A stretch of 32,803 nucleotides of DNA from Pseudomonadota bacterium (GCA_039816705.1 JBCBXF010000002.1:7207-40009), one strand, 5' to 3'. Numbered from the stretch's first letter, positions 19,673 to 31,042 are shown. Notes: a model not told the origin generated them from the letters alone. Made by a program: numbers and translations.

Positions 19673-19891
19673 GCCATTGGGAGCATGTTGGGAACACGTT
19701 GACGTGAGCATGGCGCTACCCGCGTCATCACGTGTCGCAGGTGTGCTTGCCGCAGTGCAACAAACCCGCTAAACGCTCGCAATGCACATTGCACTGCGAC
19801 TTCTCTGACCCTCCGGTTTCCCGAGCGGAAACCGTCGTGAGGGGCCATTGTCACGTTTGATGTCGCCCAGCCATTTTTCAGGAGCCGAGCC

Positions 19892-21220
19892 ATGAGCGGA
19901 ACCACGCCAGCCCCAACGACTGCTGAAAACGATGCGTCTCCGGCCAAAATCTCGGTGAATGGAACCCAGTACGACATGCCGGTGCGTTCCGGTTCGCTCG
20001 GGCCCGATGTTGTCGACATCACGAAGCTCTACGGACAGTCCGGCGCGTTCACTTATGATCCGGGATTTACCTCCACTGCGAGTTGTGAATCCGAGATCAC
20101 TTACATCGATGGGGGAAAGGGTGAGCTGCTTTATCGCGGCTATCCGATCGATCAACTCGCGGAACAGGGGAATTTTCTCGAGACCTGCTACCTGTTGCTC
20201 TGGGGTGAGCTCCCTTCACGCGAGGAATACAAGGACTTCGAGACGAAGGTCACGCGTCACACGATGCTGCATGAGCAGATGTACCGCTTCTACACCGGCT
20301 TTCGTCGGGACGCGCACCCGATGGCGATCATGGTCGGTGTCGTTGGTGCGCTGTCAGCATTTTATCACGACAGCACGGACATCCAGGACGAAGAGCAACG
20401 GACCATCGCGTCCTATCGGATGATCGCGAAGATGCCGACGATTGCCGCCATGGCATACAAGTACTCCATCGGTCAGCCGTTCATCTATCCGCGCAACGAT
20501 CTCGATTACGCATCGAATTTCCTCAACATGTGCTTTGCCGTGCCGTGCGAGGTCTATGACGTCAATCCGATCCTCGCGCGCGCCATGGACCGTATTTTTG
20601 TCCTCCATGCGGATCATGAGCAGAACGCTTCGACCTCAACGGTTCGTCTTGCCGGTTCATCCGGTGCAAACCCGTTTGCCTGTATTGCAGCTGGTATCGC
20701 CTGCCTCTGGGGCCCAGCCCATGGCGGTGCGAATGAAGCGGCACTGAACATGCTCGAAGAGATTGGCACGGTGGACCGTGTCCCCGAGTATGTGGCGCGC
20801 GCCAAAGACAAGTCCGATCCGTTCCGCCTGATGGGCTTTGGCCATCGCGTCTACAAGAATTATGATCCGCGCGCGAAAGTGATGCAGCAGACCTGCCACG
20901 AGGTGCTGGATACACTTCAGATCAAAGATGCCCCACGGCTTGAGGTTGCCATGGAGCTGGAGCGGATCGCACTCGAAGACGAATACTTCATCGAGAAGAA
21001 GCTCTATCCGAACATCGATTTTTACTCCGGGATCACGTTACGCGCGATGGGCTTCCCGTCGTCGATGTTTACAGTGTTGTTCGCGCTTGCTCGCACCGTT
21101 GGCTGGATTGCCCAGTGGCAGGAAATGATCACCGATCCAAGCCATCGGATCGGACGGCCTCGCCAGCTCTACACTGGACCGACACGGCGCGATTACGTCC
21201 CGGTCGATCAGCGCGTCTGA
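19892..21220 (+). CDS. gltA: Citrate synthase (type II)
   Basis: Motifs [25 protein letters not shown] and [23 protein letters not shown] lies 7 nt upstream of the ATG. Confidence 0.96.
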   Translation: MSGTTPAPTTAENDASPAKISVNGTQYDMPVRSGSLGPDVVDITKLYGQSGAFTYDPGFTSTASCESEITYIDGGKGELLYRGYPIDQLAEQGNFLETCYLLLWGELPSREEYKDFETKVTRHTMLHEQMYRFYTGFRRDAHPMAIMVGVVGALSAFYHDSTDIQDEEQRTIASYRMIAKMPTIAAMAYKYSIGQPFIYPRNDLDYASNFLNMCFAVPCEVYDVNPILARAMDRIFVLHADHEQNASTSTVRLAGSSGANPFACIAAGIACLWGPAHGGANEAALNMLEEIGTVDRVPEYVARAKDKSDPFRLMGFGHRVYKNYDPRAKVMQQTCHEVLDTLQIKDAPRLEVAMELERIALEDEYFIEKKLYPNIDFYSGITLRAMGFPSSMFTVLFALARTVGWIAQWQEMITDPSHRIGRPRQLYTGPTRRDYVPVDQRV

Positions 21221-21241
21221 CGACACCGGCGCTTCAACGCG

Positions 21242-22474
21242 CTATGCAGGCTTCGAGGCACCCATCAGGTATGCGGCGGCAATCTTCGCCGCTGCATCGC
21301 TTGGGGCGGCACCATCGGGCAGGCGCATTCTCGCCTCAACCTCTGCCAGTGCGCGGCGCTGAGCAGCATGCGCGTCACCTTTGGTGAGAAGCGGGGTTAG
21401 TGCCGCGACCAGTTCTGCAGGCGAACATTTTTCCTGCGTGAACTCGGGGATTACATTTTCTCCGAGCACAAGGTTTGGCAACACGATTGAGTGGGCGGTC
21501 AGGATGTAGCGCACCTGCGCGGCAATCACGTCGACCTTGTAGGCAATCACCATGGGTGTGCCCATGAGGGCGAGTTCAAGACTGACAGTGCCGGACGCTG
21601 CCAGCGCCGCGGTCGCCAATTTGAATGTCTGCAACTTCGCATCCACGCCTTCGACGACGTAGACCGGTAGGCCGGAGCTGCGGAGCTCACTGTCGATGAA
21701 GTCGCGGACGTGCGGCAGCGCCGGGATGACAGTTTCAAAATCGATCCCTGCGCCCAACATCCGATCGACCGTATCAAGGAACGGCCCCATCAGGCGTCGG
21801 ACTTCACTGGTGCGGCTGCCGGGAAGAAGGGCGAGGACCGGTTTGCCCGGACGCAGTTGGAGTTGGGCTTCGAGCGCTGCTGTCTGAATGCTGCGCATCT
21901 CCTCGAGCTTCTCGATGAGGGGGTGGCCGACATAACTGCAGGGCGGTCCGCCGAGCCGATGATGGGCTTCTGGCTCGAATGGGAGCAGCCCGAGCACATG
22001 CGAAATGTAAGCTTTCATCTTCGCGGCACGCCCCGGCCGCCATGCCCAGACCGACGGGGAGACATAATCGATGATCGGAAGAGCCGGCAGCTTGGCCCGC
22101 ACGCGCTTGGCGATCGGATGCGTAAATTCCGGGCTGTCGACGATGACAAGCAAGTCGGGCTTTTGCGCGAGAACGTGATCGACGGTCTGATAGACTCGCC
22201 GCACGATTTTCGGCAAGCGGGCGGCGATGGCAAGCGGGCCCATCACGGCGACATCCTCGATCGGGAAGATTGACGTGAGGCCAGCGTTGGTCATCTCCGC
22301 GCCGCCGACGCCCGAAAAGACGAGTGGCGGCAGTCGGCCATCACGAGACAATCGTTGCAACGCATGCATGAGCGCGGCGCCAAGGTGGTCGCCAGAGTGC
22401 TCGCCGGCGACGATCGCGATGTGGCGCGGCCGCGCTGCAACCGGGCGGCTGTCCTCGATCAGACGGCTGCTCAT
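21242..22474 (-). CDS. lpxB: Lipid-A-disaccharide synthase
   Basis: N-terminal IAIVAGEHSGDHLGA, LLPGSRTSEV and a GT-B fold pattern. Positioned next to lpxI and lpxA. Confidence 0.93.
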   Translation of the reverse strand: MSSRLIEDSRPVAARPRHIAIVAGEHSGDHLGAALMHALQRLSRDGRLPPLVFSGVGGAEMTNAGLTSIFPIEDVAVMGPLAIAARLPKIVRRVYQTVDHVLAQKPDLLVIVDSPEFTHPIAKRVRAKLPALPIIDYVSPSVWAWRPGRAAKMKAYISHVLGLLPFEPEAHHRLGGPPCSYVGHPLIEKLEEMRSIQTAALEAQLQLRPGKPVLALLPGSRTSEVRRLMGPFLDTVDRMLGAGIDFETVIPALPHVRDFIDSELRSSGLPVYVVEGVDAKLQTFKLATAALAASGTVSLELALMGTPMVIAYKVDVIAAQVRYILTAHSIVLPNLVLGENVIPEFTQEKCSPAELVAALTPLLTKGDAHAAQRRALAEVEARMRLPDGAAPSDAAAKIAAAYLMGASKPA

Positions 22475-22497
22475 TGTCTGTAGACCCCTGCTCGCGC

Positions 22498-23394
22498 CTA
22501 CGTGTCACTAATCATGCCGTAGATGAAAATCCCGGCATCCTCGGCAATGCGGCGCACCTGCGGCTTGTCAACAACGAGCACGCGGCCGCTCGCAATCGCA
22601 AGCCCCATCAGACCTGCGTCTGCCACGAGGCGCACTGTCTGCGGCCCAATGGTCGGCATGTCGACGCGCATCTCCTGACCCGGCTTCGGCATCTTCACAA
22701 ACACGCCGGTGCGCTTGCGTTGGAGCCAACTTTGGCCCCACTGGCGCAGGTCTCCGCAACGACGGAGCAACTCATCCGTGCCTTCTGCCGCTTCGATGCC
22801 AAGCACATACTGGCGCGCGACAACTGCGCCCTGCCCGACATCATGGGGCCCAAGGACTTCGATCACCGCCTGGGCCTTTGCGATATCGGCATGCGCCGCG
22901 GCGCTTGGCTCAGGTCCGGCGAGCAATCCCGCCTCTGCGAGCAATCCTGGCGCGACCTCGTGGGCGCCACGGACACGCAAACCTTGTTTCTCGAACACGC
23001 GCACGATGCTGGAGAGGATCGCATCGTCTCCACCGGTCAGGATGCCGAGGATGACCGGAAGACTTCGAATCGCGCCGAGATCAAGGCGGACCTTGCGCAG
23101 GTCGGGACGTTTGACTGTCCCGATAATGACGACATCGCCGCATCCGGCCTCGCGGAGGAGGGAAAATAGTCGCCCCACCTGCCCCCATTTCATCCACTCG
23201 TGCGGGAAGGCGGTTATGTTTTCGCCGGCTTCGCCTTCGATCCCGACGCAGAATACATCGCGGCCCTGGCGCTGGGCTTCCTCCGCCACCAATCTTGGGA
23301 GGGCGCCACCGCCTGCGATGATGCCGAGTGCATCCCGCGTGATGCGGCCATGCGCGCGTTGGTCAGGCGAAGGAGCGTGCGAGTGTGTGGCCAT
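22498..23394 (-). CDS. lpxI: UDP-2,3-diacylglucosamine pyrophosphatase LpxI (DUF1009)
   Basis: 298 aa between lpxA and lpxB, the position occupied by LpxI in alphaproteobacteria. Sequence features: LGIIAGGGALP..., GPHDVGQG and KMPKPGQEMRVDMPTIG. Confidence 0.85.
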   Translation of the reverse strand: MATHSHAPSPDQRAHGRITRDALGIIAGGGALPRLVAEEAQRQGRDVFCVGIEGEAGENITAFPHEWMKWGQVGRLFSLLREAGCGDVVIIGTVKRPDLRKVRLDLGAIRSLPVILGILTGGDDAILSSIVRVFEKQGLRVRGAHEVAPGLLAEAGLLAGPEPSAAAHADIAKAQAVIEVLGPHDVGQGAVVARQYVLGIEAAEGTDELLRRCGDLRQWGQSWLQRKRTGVFVKMPKPGQEMRVDMPTIGPQTVRLVADAGLMGLAIASGRVLVVDKPQVRRIAEDAGIFIYGMISDT

Positions 23395-23403
23395 CGGACG
23401 CCA

Positions 23404-24192
23404 TTAGGCCGCCGGCACGCAGAGGGAGCGGCTTGATTCTGCGCGGATGAACTTCAGGATGGTTTTCACGCCCTCGTCCGTGCCGAACATTTTCTCGACG
23501 TCTTCGACGCGTTCCAGCAGCGTGCCTTCGGTCGCAAACAAAAGACGATAAGCCTTGCGCAAATCATGGATACGCTCGCGCTCAAACCCTTGGCGCTTGA
23601 GCCCGACGATGTTGAGGCCGGAGAGAAAAGCGCGATTGCCAATGGCCATACCAAACGGAATGACGTCGTTCTCAATACCGGACATGCCGCCGACGAACGC
23701 GTATTCTCCAATGCGGACGAACTGGTGCACAGCCGACAGCCCACCAAGGATGGCGTAGCTCTCGATCTGGCAATGGCCGGCGACTGTCGCATTGTTGGCG
23801 AGGATCACATGGTCGCCGACGGTGCAGTCATGGGCAATGTGCGAGCCGGCCATGAAGAGCCCGTGCGAGCCGACGCTGGTTGTCAGTCCTCCGCCCTCTG
23901 TGCCCGGGTTCATCGTCACGTGCTCGCGAATGACGTTGTTCTCGCCGATCTCGAGAGTGCTTTTTTCTCCCGAAAACTTCAGATCCTGCGGCGCATGGCC
24001 GATGGATGCAAAAGGGAAGATCGTCGTTCCTTTGCCAACGCTTGTCTGTCCTGCGACAACCACGTGGGCGTGGAGTGTGACGTCATCGGCAAGCGTGACA
24101 TCGCTGCCGATGTGACAGAACGGGCCGATTGAAACGTTCTTGCCGAGACTTGCACCGTCTTCGATGACGGCGCTTTCGTGAATGCTGCTCAT
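23404..24192 (-). CDS. lpxA: Acyl-ACP--UDP-N-acetylglucosamine O-acyltransferase
   Basis: [14 protein letters not shown]... left-handed beta-helix hexapeptide repeats, then the helical C-domain (...[12 protein letters not shown]...). Its start overlaps the fabZ stop (ATGA). Confidence 0.95.
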   Translation of the reverse strand: MSSIHESAVIEDGASLGKNVSIGPFCHIGSDVTLADDVTLHAHVVVAGQTSVGKGTTIFPFASIGHAPQDLKFSGEKSTLEIGENNVIREHVTMNPGTEGGGLTTSVGSHGLFMAGSHIAHDCTVGDHVILANNATVAGHCQIESYAILGGLSAVHQFVRIGEYAFVGGMSGIENDVIPFGMAIGNRAFLSGLNIVGLKRQGFERERIHDLRKAYRLLFATEGTLLERVEDVEKMFGTDEGVKTILKFIRAESSRSLCVPAA

Positions 24193-24668
24193 GTATCCGG
24201 TGTTTCAATGTTCTCCACGAGCATCGCGCTGACCTCGGCCTCCGCCACGCGTTTGTCGTCGACACGGGCCTCACAGGCGAAACGCCAGGTCATTCCGCGG
24301 CTGCGGACTTTTTTGACGTGATAGCGGACCGTATCACCGGGCAACACCGGCTTGCGGAACTTTGCCTTGTCGATCCCCATGAAATAGACGATCGCCGGTG
24401 CCTTGTTGTCCGCTCCCGCGTTCGCAACGCACAGCGCGCCGGCGGTTTGTGCCATGCCTTCGACCAGAAGGACGCCCGGCATCACGGGAAAGCCTGGAAA
24501 GTGCCCTTGGAAGAAGGGCTCGTTCATCGTGACACACTTTACGCCAACGCCGGATTCATCGCCGTTCATCTCTTCCAGCCGGTCGATCAGCAGGAACGGA
24601 TAGCGGTGTGGCAGCAGTTTGAGGACCCTGTTGATGTCCGCGGTGCCGAGTTCTGTCTTCTGGTCCAT
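24189..24668 (-). CDS. fabZ: 3-hydroxyacyl-ACP dehydratase FabZ
   Basis: [12 protein letters not shown] and [23 protein letters not shown] (catalytic His and Glu context). Confidence 0.96.
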   Translation of the reverse strand: MDQKTELGTADINRVLKLLPHRYPFLLIDRLEEMNGDESGVGVKCVTMNEPFFQGHFPGFPVMPGVLLVEGMAQTAGALCVANAGADNKAPAIVYFMGIDKAKFRKPVLPGDTVRYHVKKVRSRGMTWRFACEARVDDKRVAEAEVSAMLVENIETPDT

Positions 24669-24756
24669 TGACGTCTCTTCTTCACAAGCCGCGGCGCGTG
24701 TCGCAGCGTACGGGGTGGTGCGCCAGTGCGGAAATCCGACGCCTCGTTGATCGCTC

Positions 24757-25788
24757 TTACTTTCGGGCGAGGCGCTTCACGGCAGCCAGCTGTCGGGCAT
24801 AATCACGAAGCGGCACGGCCGGCGTGCCCCCATAGATGCCACCTGGCGGGATCGCATCCTTCACACCCGATTGAGCCGCGATCTGTGCGCCCATACCGAT
24901 GCGGGTATGACCGATCGAGGCAGACTGTCCGCCCATCACCACAAAATCCTCGAGCACCGTGCTGCCGGACACACCGACCTGCGCAACGATGACGCAGTGG
25001 CGCCCGATCACCACGTTGTGTCCGATCTGGACCAGATTATCAATCTTGGTGCCTTCGCCGATGATGGTGTCGTTAAGAGCGCCGCGATCAATGCACGTAT
25101 TGGCACCGATATCGACATCGTCCTGGATGATCACACGTCCAATCTGCGGCACACGCAGGTGTCCTTGCGGGCCCATCGCGAAGCCAAAACCATCCTGGCC
25201 GATCTGCGCGCCCTGATGGATGACGACACGATCACCGATGATGGCGTGGGTCAGGGTGGCATTCGCGCCAACATATCCGCCGCGCCCGATGGTGCAGCGG
25301 TAGCCGATGAACGCATTGCTGCAGATCCGTGTGTCGGCTCCAATGCGCGCCTCGGGTGCGATGACCGCGCCGGGTTCGATGACGGCACCGGGTTCGATGA
25401 TCGCATGCGGGCTGACGTTCGGTGCCTCGTCAGCCAGGCGGACCGGACCGTGTGTGAGCGTTCGAGCAGCCTCGGGATAAAAAACTGCGAGGGCGCGCGC
25501 GTAGGCGTGATAGGGCGCAGCGCTGAGGAGCGGCGTGCATCCTTCTGGCAGATTGGCGCTGTCCGCCTCGCGAACAAAACAGGCGGACGCCGCGGTGGTC
25601 TTCAGCTGATCAAGATATTTCCGGTTGTCGAAGAACGACAGATCACCTTCGCCCGCCAGATCAAGGGATCGCACATCGGTGATCTGCGTTGCGGCAGCTT
25701 TTTCCTCCGAAAGCGTTGCCTCAGATGCGGCGGCGATCTCGGCGAGGCTGTGCGGCCCGGTGCGTGTGAAGAAACCCGGATGGTCCAT
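24757..25788 (-). CDS. lpxD: UDP-3-O-acylglucosamine N-acyltransferase
   Basis: 343 aa. N-terminal uridine-binding domain followed by extensive hexapeptide repeats ([31 protein letters not shown]...). Confidence 0.95.
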   Translation of the reverse strand: MDHPGFFTRTGPHSLAEIAAASEATLSEEKAAATQITDVRSLDLAGEGDLSFFDNRKYLDQLKTTAASACFVREADSANLPEGCTPLLSAAPYHAYARALAVFYPEAARTLTHGPVRLADEAPNVSPHAIIEPGAVIEPGAVIAPEARIGADTRICSNAFIGYRCTIGRGGYVGANATLTHAIIGDRVVIHQGAQIGQDGFGFAMGPQGHLRVPQIGRVIIQDDVDIGANTCIDRGALNDTIIGEGTKIDNLVQIGHNVVIGRHCVIVAQVGVSGSTVLEDFVVMGGQSASIGHTRIGMGAQIAAQSGVKDAIPPGGIYGGTPAVPLRDYARQLAAVKRLARK

Positions 25789-25988
25789 GGCAGATCAGGC
25801 AGCTCGATGGGAAGCGACGCGGGCACGTGTTTGCCCGCGCAGGATGACACAGAGCGCATGGCCTATGCGGGCGTGGTTTGTCCAGCGCCGCGCTCAGTAA
25901 CTGTGAGTTAGGCCAAGCGCATTACCCTGCGCTCATCTCAGGGGAGCTGGCCAAACTGCGCCGACGCGTCGCGCGTTGGTTTGCAGGA

Positions 25989-28379
25989 TCAGAAGTTCGT
26001 CGATGCGCCGAAGCGGATTGCCTGTTCTTTGTCGAAGGTCTCCGACGAGAGGACATAGGCATAGTCAGCCCGAAGCGGTCCTAGTGGCGAGTTCCACAAC
26101 AAGCTGGCGCCGACGGACGAACGTATCGAGTTCGAATCGTCGACCTGGAGACCTGCAATGTTGGACCCAAAGTCGTAGAGCGATCCGGCATCGGCAAACA
26201 CGGCACCGCTCAAACCCAACTCTTCCGGAATGATGGGGAACGGGAAGCGCAACTCCGCCGTCGCACCGTAAAAGAGCGTCCCGCCGACTGAATCGCCTGT
26301 TGCCGCATCACGCGGACCGAAGCCGGATGATTCAAAGCCACGGACGGTTTCACCGCCCTTGTAGAAGCTGTCGAGAAGTCGAACGTCTTCACCCAGTCCG
26401 ACGATGTGCCCGCCAATAACGCGGCCAACAAGCGTCACACCCTTGGCGACGCGGTAATAGCCGCGGGCTTCTGCAGCTGTGCGGACGTAGGACACGTCAC
26501 CACCGACACCAGCAACGTCCTGTGAGAGCGTTGCGTAGAGGCCCGACGTCGGCTCGCGGCGGCTGTTCCGGGTGTCATATGTAATCGTGTAGCCAACCGT
26601 GGACGTGAACGTCACAGCGTCTGTATTACAGACGGGTTGTGCGACCTGCGAACCACATCCCACAGCATTGCGGACGGCGAGACTGGCGTTGTTCTCGACG
26701 TCATAGATCTGGTCGCGAACGAGATTATAGCGGATCCGACCAGTGAGGTTCTGCTGGATAGGAAAGCCGAGACGTATGCCGCCGCCAGTCTTGCGGCTCT
26801 TGAATGACGATGAGTCACTCTGATCGACCTCTTTGTGGAAGATGTCGAAGCCCGCGGCGAGGTTGCGGTCGAGGAAGCGTGGTTCGGTGAAGCCGAGATC
26901 GAACTGAAGGCGCTCCACACTACCGGCAATCTTGGCGCGGAGAAACTGTCCTTTGCCCAGCAGGTTCCGTTCCGTGATGCTGACGTCGGCGATCAGACCT
27001 TCACTGGTGGAAAAGCCACCGCCGAACGAGAGTTCACCCGTTGATTCTTCAACCACCGAGACCTGCAGGACGACGCGGTCAGGTGAGCTGCCTGGAAGGC
27101 GCCGTACGCCGACGTTCTTGAAAAAGCCCAACGCCTTGAGACGTTTTTCGGCACGGTTGACCAACAACTGGTTGTAGGCGTCGCCTTCCACGAGACGGAA
27201 TTCACGGCGAATAACCTTGTCTTCCGTACGCGTGTTCCCGAAGATCTCAATCCGCTCGATGTAGACGCGGGGACCTTGTTCGACCGCGTACACGACGCCA
27301 ATGGTGCGTGCGATCGGATCGCGGATCGCACGTGGACGCACTCTCGCGAAGGCATAGCCGTCTCCGGCAACAGCCAGTGTAATGCGCTCGATGTCTTTTT
27401 CGACAAGCGCGGCGTTGTATGTGTCGCCTGTTTGCGCCTGGAGCGGGATGTCGATCGCAGAGACATCGACTTCCTGCAAGCCGTTCTCGATCGCAACCTC
27501 GCCGAACGTGTACTTCTCGCCTTCGTCAATTGTGAAGGTGATGAAAAAGCCGGTACCGCTCTGGTCAATGTCGGCTGTGGCCGCGAGAACCTGCGCGTCG
27601 GCATAGCCGTTCTTCAGATAAAACTGGCGCAGCAATTCGCGATCAAGATTGAGGCGATCGGGATCATAAACGTTGGCGGAGCCAAGAAAGCTCAGCCATC
27701 CGGTCTGCTCCGTCGTGATCGCATCCCGCAGCTCGCTATCGGTGAACGAGCGGTTGCCGACAAAGTTGATCGACTTGACTTCGGTATCGCCGCCCTCGGC
27801 GATTTCAAAGACAAGGTTCACGCGGTTCTGCGGGAGCGCGATAATTTTCGGCTCGACCGACGCGGTGAACATGCCCTGTCGCGTGTAGACATCGAGAATA
27901 CGCTGCACGTCTGCCTGTACACGTGCGCGGGTGAAAATAGATCGAGGTTTGACCTGGACTTCGGCCGACAGTGTTGCGTCGTCGACGGCTGAGTTGCCCT
28001 CAAACGCCACCTTGTTGACGACCGGACTCTCGGTGACGCTGACGACGACCGTACCGCCACTGCGATTAATCTGCACGTCCGAGAAGAGCCCCGTGGCGAA
28101 GAGCGCTTTCAACGACTCATCGACTTCGAACTCGTCGTATTGATCCCCCTCCGTAAACGTCAGGTACGTGCGGACGGTTTCAGGTTCAACGCGACGATTG
28201 CCCTCGACGCGGATCTGCCGAATGGACTGCGCCTGCGCGGCACCAACGAATAGACGTGCAGCATCACCCGCCACACCGTGTGTGCCATGCGTCGCAAGAC
28301 CGGCCACAGTGAACGCACCAAACGCCCAGACAGCGCAGAACGCGACCCGGAACACGGTTCCCGTATAAGACCACATCAA
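25989..28379 (-). CDS. bamA: Outer membrane protein assembly factor BamA
   Basis: 796 aa. Signal peptide, POTRA repeats starting at IRQIRVEGNRRVEPETV, a C-terminal 16-strand barrel region, and a terminal aromatic residue (...FGASTNF). Confidence 0.95.
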   Translation of the reverse strand: MMWSYTGTVFRVAFCAVWAFGAFTVAGLATHGTHGVAGDAARLFVGAAQAQSIRQIRVEGNRRVEPETVRTYLTFTEGDQYDEFEVDESLKALFATGLFSDVQINRSGGTVVVSVTESPVVNKVAFEGNSAVDDATLSAEVQVKPRSIFTRARVQADVQRILDVYTRQGMFTASVEPKIIALPQNRVNLVFEIAEGGDTEVKSINFVGNRSFTDSELRDAITTEQTGWLSFLGSANVYDPDRLNLDRELLRQFYLKNGYADAQVLAATADIDQSGTGFFITFTIDEGEKYTFGEVAIENGLQEVDVSAIDIPLQAQTGDTYNAALVEKDIERITLAVAGDGYAFARVRPRAIRDPIARTIGVVYAVEQGPRVYIERIEIFGNTRTEDKVIRREFRLVEGDAYNQLLVNRAEKRLKALGFFKNVGVRRLPGSSPDRVVLQVSVVEESTGELSFGGGFSTSEGLIADVSITERNLLGKGQFLRAKIAGSVERLQFDLGFTEPRFLDRNLAAGFDIFHKEVDQSDSSSFKSRKTGGGIRLGFPIQQNLTGRIRYNLVRDQIYDVENNASLAVRNAVGCGSQVAQPVCNTDAVTFTSTVGYTITYDTRNSRREPTSGLYATLSQDVAGVGGDVSYVRTAAEARGYYRVAKGVTLVGRVIGGHIVGLGEDVRLLDSFYKGGETVRGFESSGFGPRDAATGDSVGGTLFYGATAELRFPFPIIPEELGLSGAVFADAGSLYDFGSNIAGLQVDDSNSIRSSVGASLLWNSPLGPLRADYAYVLSSETFDKEQAIRFGASTNF

Positions 28380-28538
28380 AGGCTGTGCCCCATTCTAACG
28401 CCCAGTCCCCCAGGCGCCTCGGCAGTGCGGCCCAACAAGGACCGCCAACACGCAAGACACCCAATCATGGCGGATTCGCGTTCTTTTTAAGACGCTTGCT
28501 CCACCACTGCGGCACCAGCCTCGTACCGCGACGTCAAT

Positions 28539-29681
28539 CTAGGAAATCAGCCACGTCGCATCATTCCAAGTTGTAAAGATCATTAACATGATGACGAGCG
28601 TCAGGCCAATCCGGAATCCGAACTCCTGAGCCCTTTCGCTGAGCGGCTGTCCCCGAATTGCCTCTATGGCGTAGAAGAGCAAATGCCCCCCATCAAGCAT
28701 GGGTACGGGGAACAGATTGAGCAGCCCGATGCTGATCGACAGCACCGCCACAATCTGGATCAGCGCCTGCGGTCCAAGCGTTGCAAAGTCGCTCGAGACC
28801 TTGGCAATTCGAATGGGTCCGCCGAGCTGCTTGACCTCTTCCTTGCCGACGAAAATGTCCTTGATGAACTGGAGCGTCCGCCAGGTGTAGAAGTAGGTTT
28901 CGTCTGCGCCGAGCATAATGGCACGGATCGGGCCGACGTCCTTGTGCTCGCGTTCGGCCGGCGTTGCGCTTTGGGAAATGCCGAGGCGACCCTGTTTATA
29001 GGTGTTGCCGAACCGGTCGGTCACCTCTTGGCGGCGTGGAGTTGCGCGCAAGACCATCTCGCGGCCTGCACGCTCAACTGTGAACGCCAGTTCTTCGTCC
29101 GCCGAAGCTGTGACGATCTTCACCAGATCGCGGAACGTCGAGATTGTCTGGCCGTCAATCCCAAGAATGATGTCGCCCTTCTCAAACCCGGCATCGGATG
29201 CGGCGCTATTTTCCATTACGGCGTCGACGCGGGGCGCGAGCGTGCGCTCGCCGACGACCATGAACACGCCTGCGAAAATTACGATCGCGAGCAAAAAGTT
29301 CGCGAGGGGACCTGCGGCAACGACCGCGGTGCGCTGCCAGAGCGGTTTCGTGTGAAACCGCCCCTCGTCATGATCTCCGGCCGCTTCGTTCTGCCCGGAC
29401 GTCGGCACACTCGTAGCGTTGTCGTCGTCCATGAATTGCACATACCCGCCAAGCGGAAGCATCGAGACTTTCCAGCGCGTGCCGTGCTTGTCGTCGAAGC
29501 CAAAAAGCTCCTTGCCAAAACCCAGTGAAAAGGCACGCACGCGAACCCCGCACCAACGGGCGACGAGGAAGTGGCCGAGTTCATGGAAAAACACGACCAT
29601 CGTCAGCACAAACAGGAACGGCGGTATGACGTAGATCAGGAGATGCACGCCCATCGACGGGATCTGTGTCAGAAAATCCAT
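28539..29681 (-). CDS. rseP: RIP zinc metalloprotease RseP (site-2 protease)
   Basis: HELGHFLVARW zinc motif in TM1, a central PDZ region (GDIILGIDGQ), and the NLFPVPMLDGGH motif. An alternative start exists at Met10 (29654). Confidence 0.93.
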   Translation of the reverse strand: MDFLTQIPSMGVHLLIYVIPPFLFVLTMVVFFHELGHFLVARWCGVRVRAFSLGFGKELFGFDDKHGTRWKVSMLPLGGYVQFMDDDNATSVPTSGQNEAAGDHDEGRFHTKPLWQRTAVVAAGPLANFLLAIVIFAGVFMVVGERTLAPRVDAVMENSAASDAGFEKGDIILGIDGQTISTFRDLVKIVTASADEELAFTVERAGREMVLRATPRRQEVTDRFGNTYKQGRLGISQSATPAEREHKDVGPIRAIMLGADETYFYTWRTLQFIKDIFVGKEEVKQLGGPIRIAKVSSDFATLGPQALIQIVAVLSISIGLLNLFPVPMLDGGHLLFYAIEAIRGQPLSERAQEFGFRIGLTLVIMLMIFTTWNDATWLIS

Positions 29682-29806
29682 GAGAGAGCTGTCTCCTTAT
29701 GACCGGAATGGTGTCCGGTGCGGGCGCTGCAGATCGCCAGCATGCTGCCGAGGGTTCGTGATCGTTGTTCAGCACGGCATTGCGACGGATATGGGAAGAA
29801 GTCTTT

Positions 29807-31042
29807 TCAGAGCAACGCCCGTGCCATACGTCGCGCTTGCGCATCGAGGTCGTAAACCTGAACGATTCCCTCAAGAGATGCGATCAAGCCTGCATTTTCT
29901 GCCTGCTCGATCGTTGCCTCAACAGTTGCGGCGATCCGGTCAATCGTGGTTCCGCCGGCCAGAAAGCGCTCCACAGCAATTTCATTTGCCGCGTTCAGCA
30001 CCGTGCACGCGGCTTCACCGCGTTCCAGCGCCGCGCGCGCCAGGCCGAGGCAGGGAAAGCGTGTCAGATCTGGCGCTTCGAAATCGAGCCGCCCGAGTTT
30101 GGCAAAATCCAGCCGCTCGACGGGGACGTGCATCCGTCGTGGCCAAGCCAGTGCGTAGGCGATCGGGGTGCGCATGTCAGGCGCGCCAAGGTGCGCGATC
30201 ACAGACCCGTCGCAGTATGACACCATGCAATGGATCGTGGATTGTGGATGTACGACCACGTCGATCTGGCGGCTCTCAAGGGGAAACAGATGCCAGGCTT
30301 CGATGACTTCGAGGCCCTTGTTCATCAGGGTTGCGGAGTCGATCGTGACTTTCGGGCCCATGGACCAATTTGGGTGGGCCAGCGCGTCATAGCGCGTTGC
30401 TTTGGAACTCTTGTCGAGCGGCCATTCGCGAACCGGCCCCCCCGAGGCGGTAAGCGTCATTGTCTCGATGCTGGCGAGCCCGGATGTGTCGATGGATTGA
30501 AAGCCGGCAGAGTGTTCGCTGTCGACGGGGATCAGCGTTGTGTTGCTCGCGCTCATTGCGCCGGTGAAGACGGAGCCGGCTGAGACGAGGCACTCCTTGT
30601 TGGCGAGCGCAATAACGTTCGCAGCGCTCATCGCCGCCATCGTCGGGCCCAGGCCGGCGATCCCGACAACCGCGGCCATTGTCCAATCAGTCGGGCGTGA
30701 GGCGGCGTCCTCCAGGCCCGTCTCCCCCGCTGCTGCAACGGTGTTTGTGCCTGCGAGGGCTTCGACGAGCGTCGCGTAATGCGCCGGATCTCCAATCGAA
30801 GCGATCTCGGCATCAAACTCCCGGGCGAGTTTTGCGAGTTTGTCGACGTTGGTCTGCGCGGTGAGCGCAACGACGGTGAAGGCATCACGATTGCGGCGAA
30901 CGATATCGAGTGTGCTTTCTCCGATCGAGCCGGTGGCGCCGAGGATGGAAATACGCCGGAGCGCGACCTCTGGCTGGCTGTGTCCGACCGGTAGCGGAAC
31001 ACACACGGCGTCCGCGCTTCTCGCGCCTGTCCGCTCGCTCAT
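29807..31042 (-). CDS. dxr: 1-deoxy-D-xylulose-5-phosphate reductoisomerase
   Basis: ISILGATGSIGEST, LANKECLV, PVDSEHSA and HPNWSMGPKVTIDSAT. The start is set at the ATG at 31042, which forms an ATGA overlap with the cdsA stop. The track ORF extension to 31282 runs through cdsA and is rejected. Confidence 0.93.
   Translation of the reverse strand: MSERTGARSADAVCVPLPVGHSQPEVALRRISILGATGSIGESTLDIVRRNRDAFTVVALTAQTNVDKLAKLAREFDAEIASIGDPAHYATLVEALAGTNTVAAAGETGLEDAASRPTDWTMAAVVGIAGLGPTMAAMSAANVIALANKECLVSAGSVFTGAMSASNTTLIPVDSEHSAGFQSIDTSGLASIETMTLTASGGPVREWPLDKSSKATRYDALAHPNWSMGPKVTIDSATLMNKGLEVIEAWHLFPLESRQIDVVVHPQSTIHCMVSYCDGSVIAHLGAPDMRTPIAYALAWPRRMHVPVERLDFAKLGRLDFEAPDLTRFPCLGLARAALERGEAACTVLNAANEIAVERFLAGGTTIDRIAATVEATIEQAENAGLIASLEGIVQVYDLDAQARRMARALL

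Noticed and set aside
24871-25911. 346-aa plus-strand ORF, together with similar long ORFs at 11726-12820(-), 12769-13683(-), 16506-17417(+), 28683-29528(+), 4913-5866(+), 2359-3123(-), 22474-23169(+), 22709-23407(+), 13686-14297(-) and 14456-15172(-).
   Set aside because: All lie antisense to, or out of frame with, genes that carry strong unambiguous family motifs (lpxD, trpD/trpC, moaC, comEC, rseP, tpiA, pyrG, lpxI, moeA). Their translations are Arg/Ala/Gly/Pro-rich with no recognisable domains. These are classic shadow ORFs of GC-rich DNA.
25789-25988. No skp/ompH gene between bamA and lpxD; there is only a 200-bp non-coding gap.
   Set aside because: An absence cannot be interpreted from one window. 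I am not certain that skp occupies this position in this order of alphaproteobacteria, and it could be encoded elsewhere. No ORF with a signal peptide or coiled-coil character is present in the gap.
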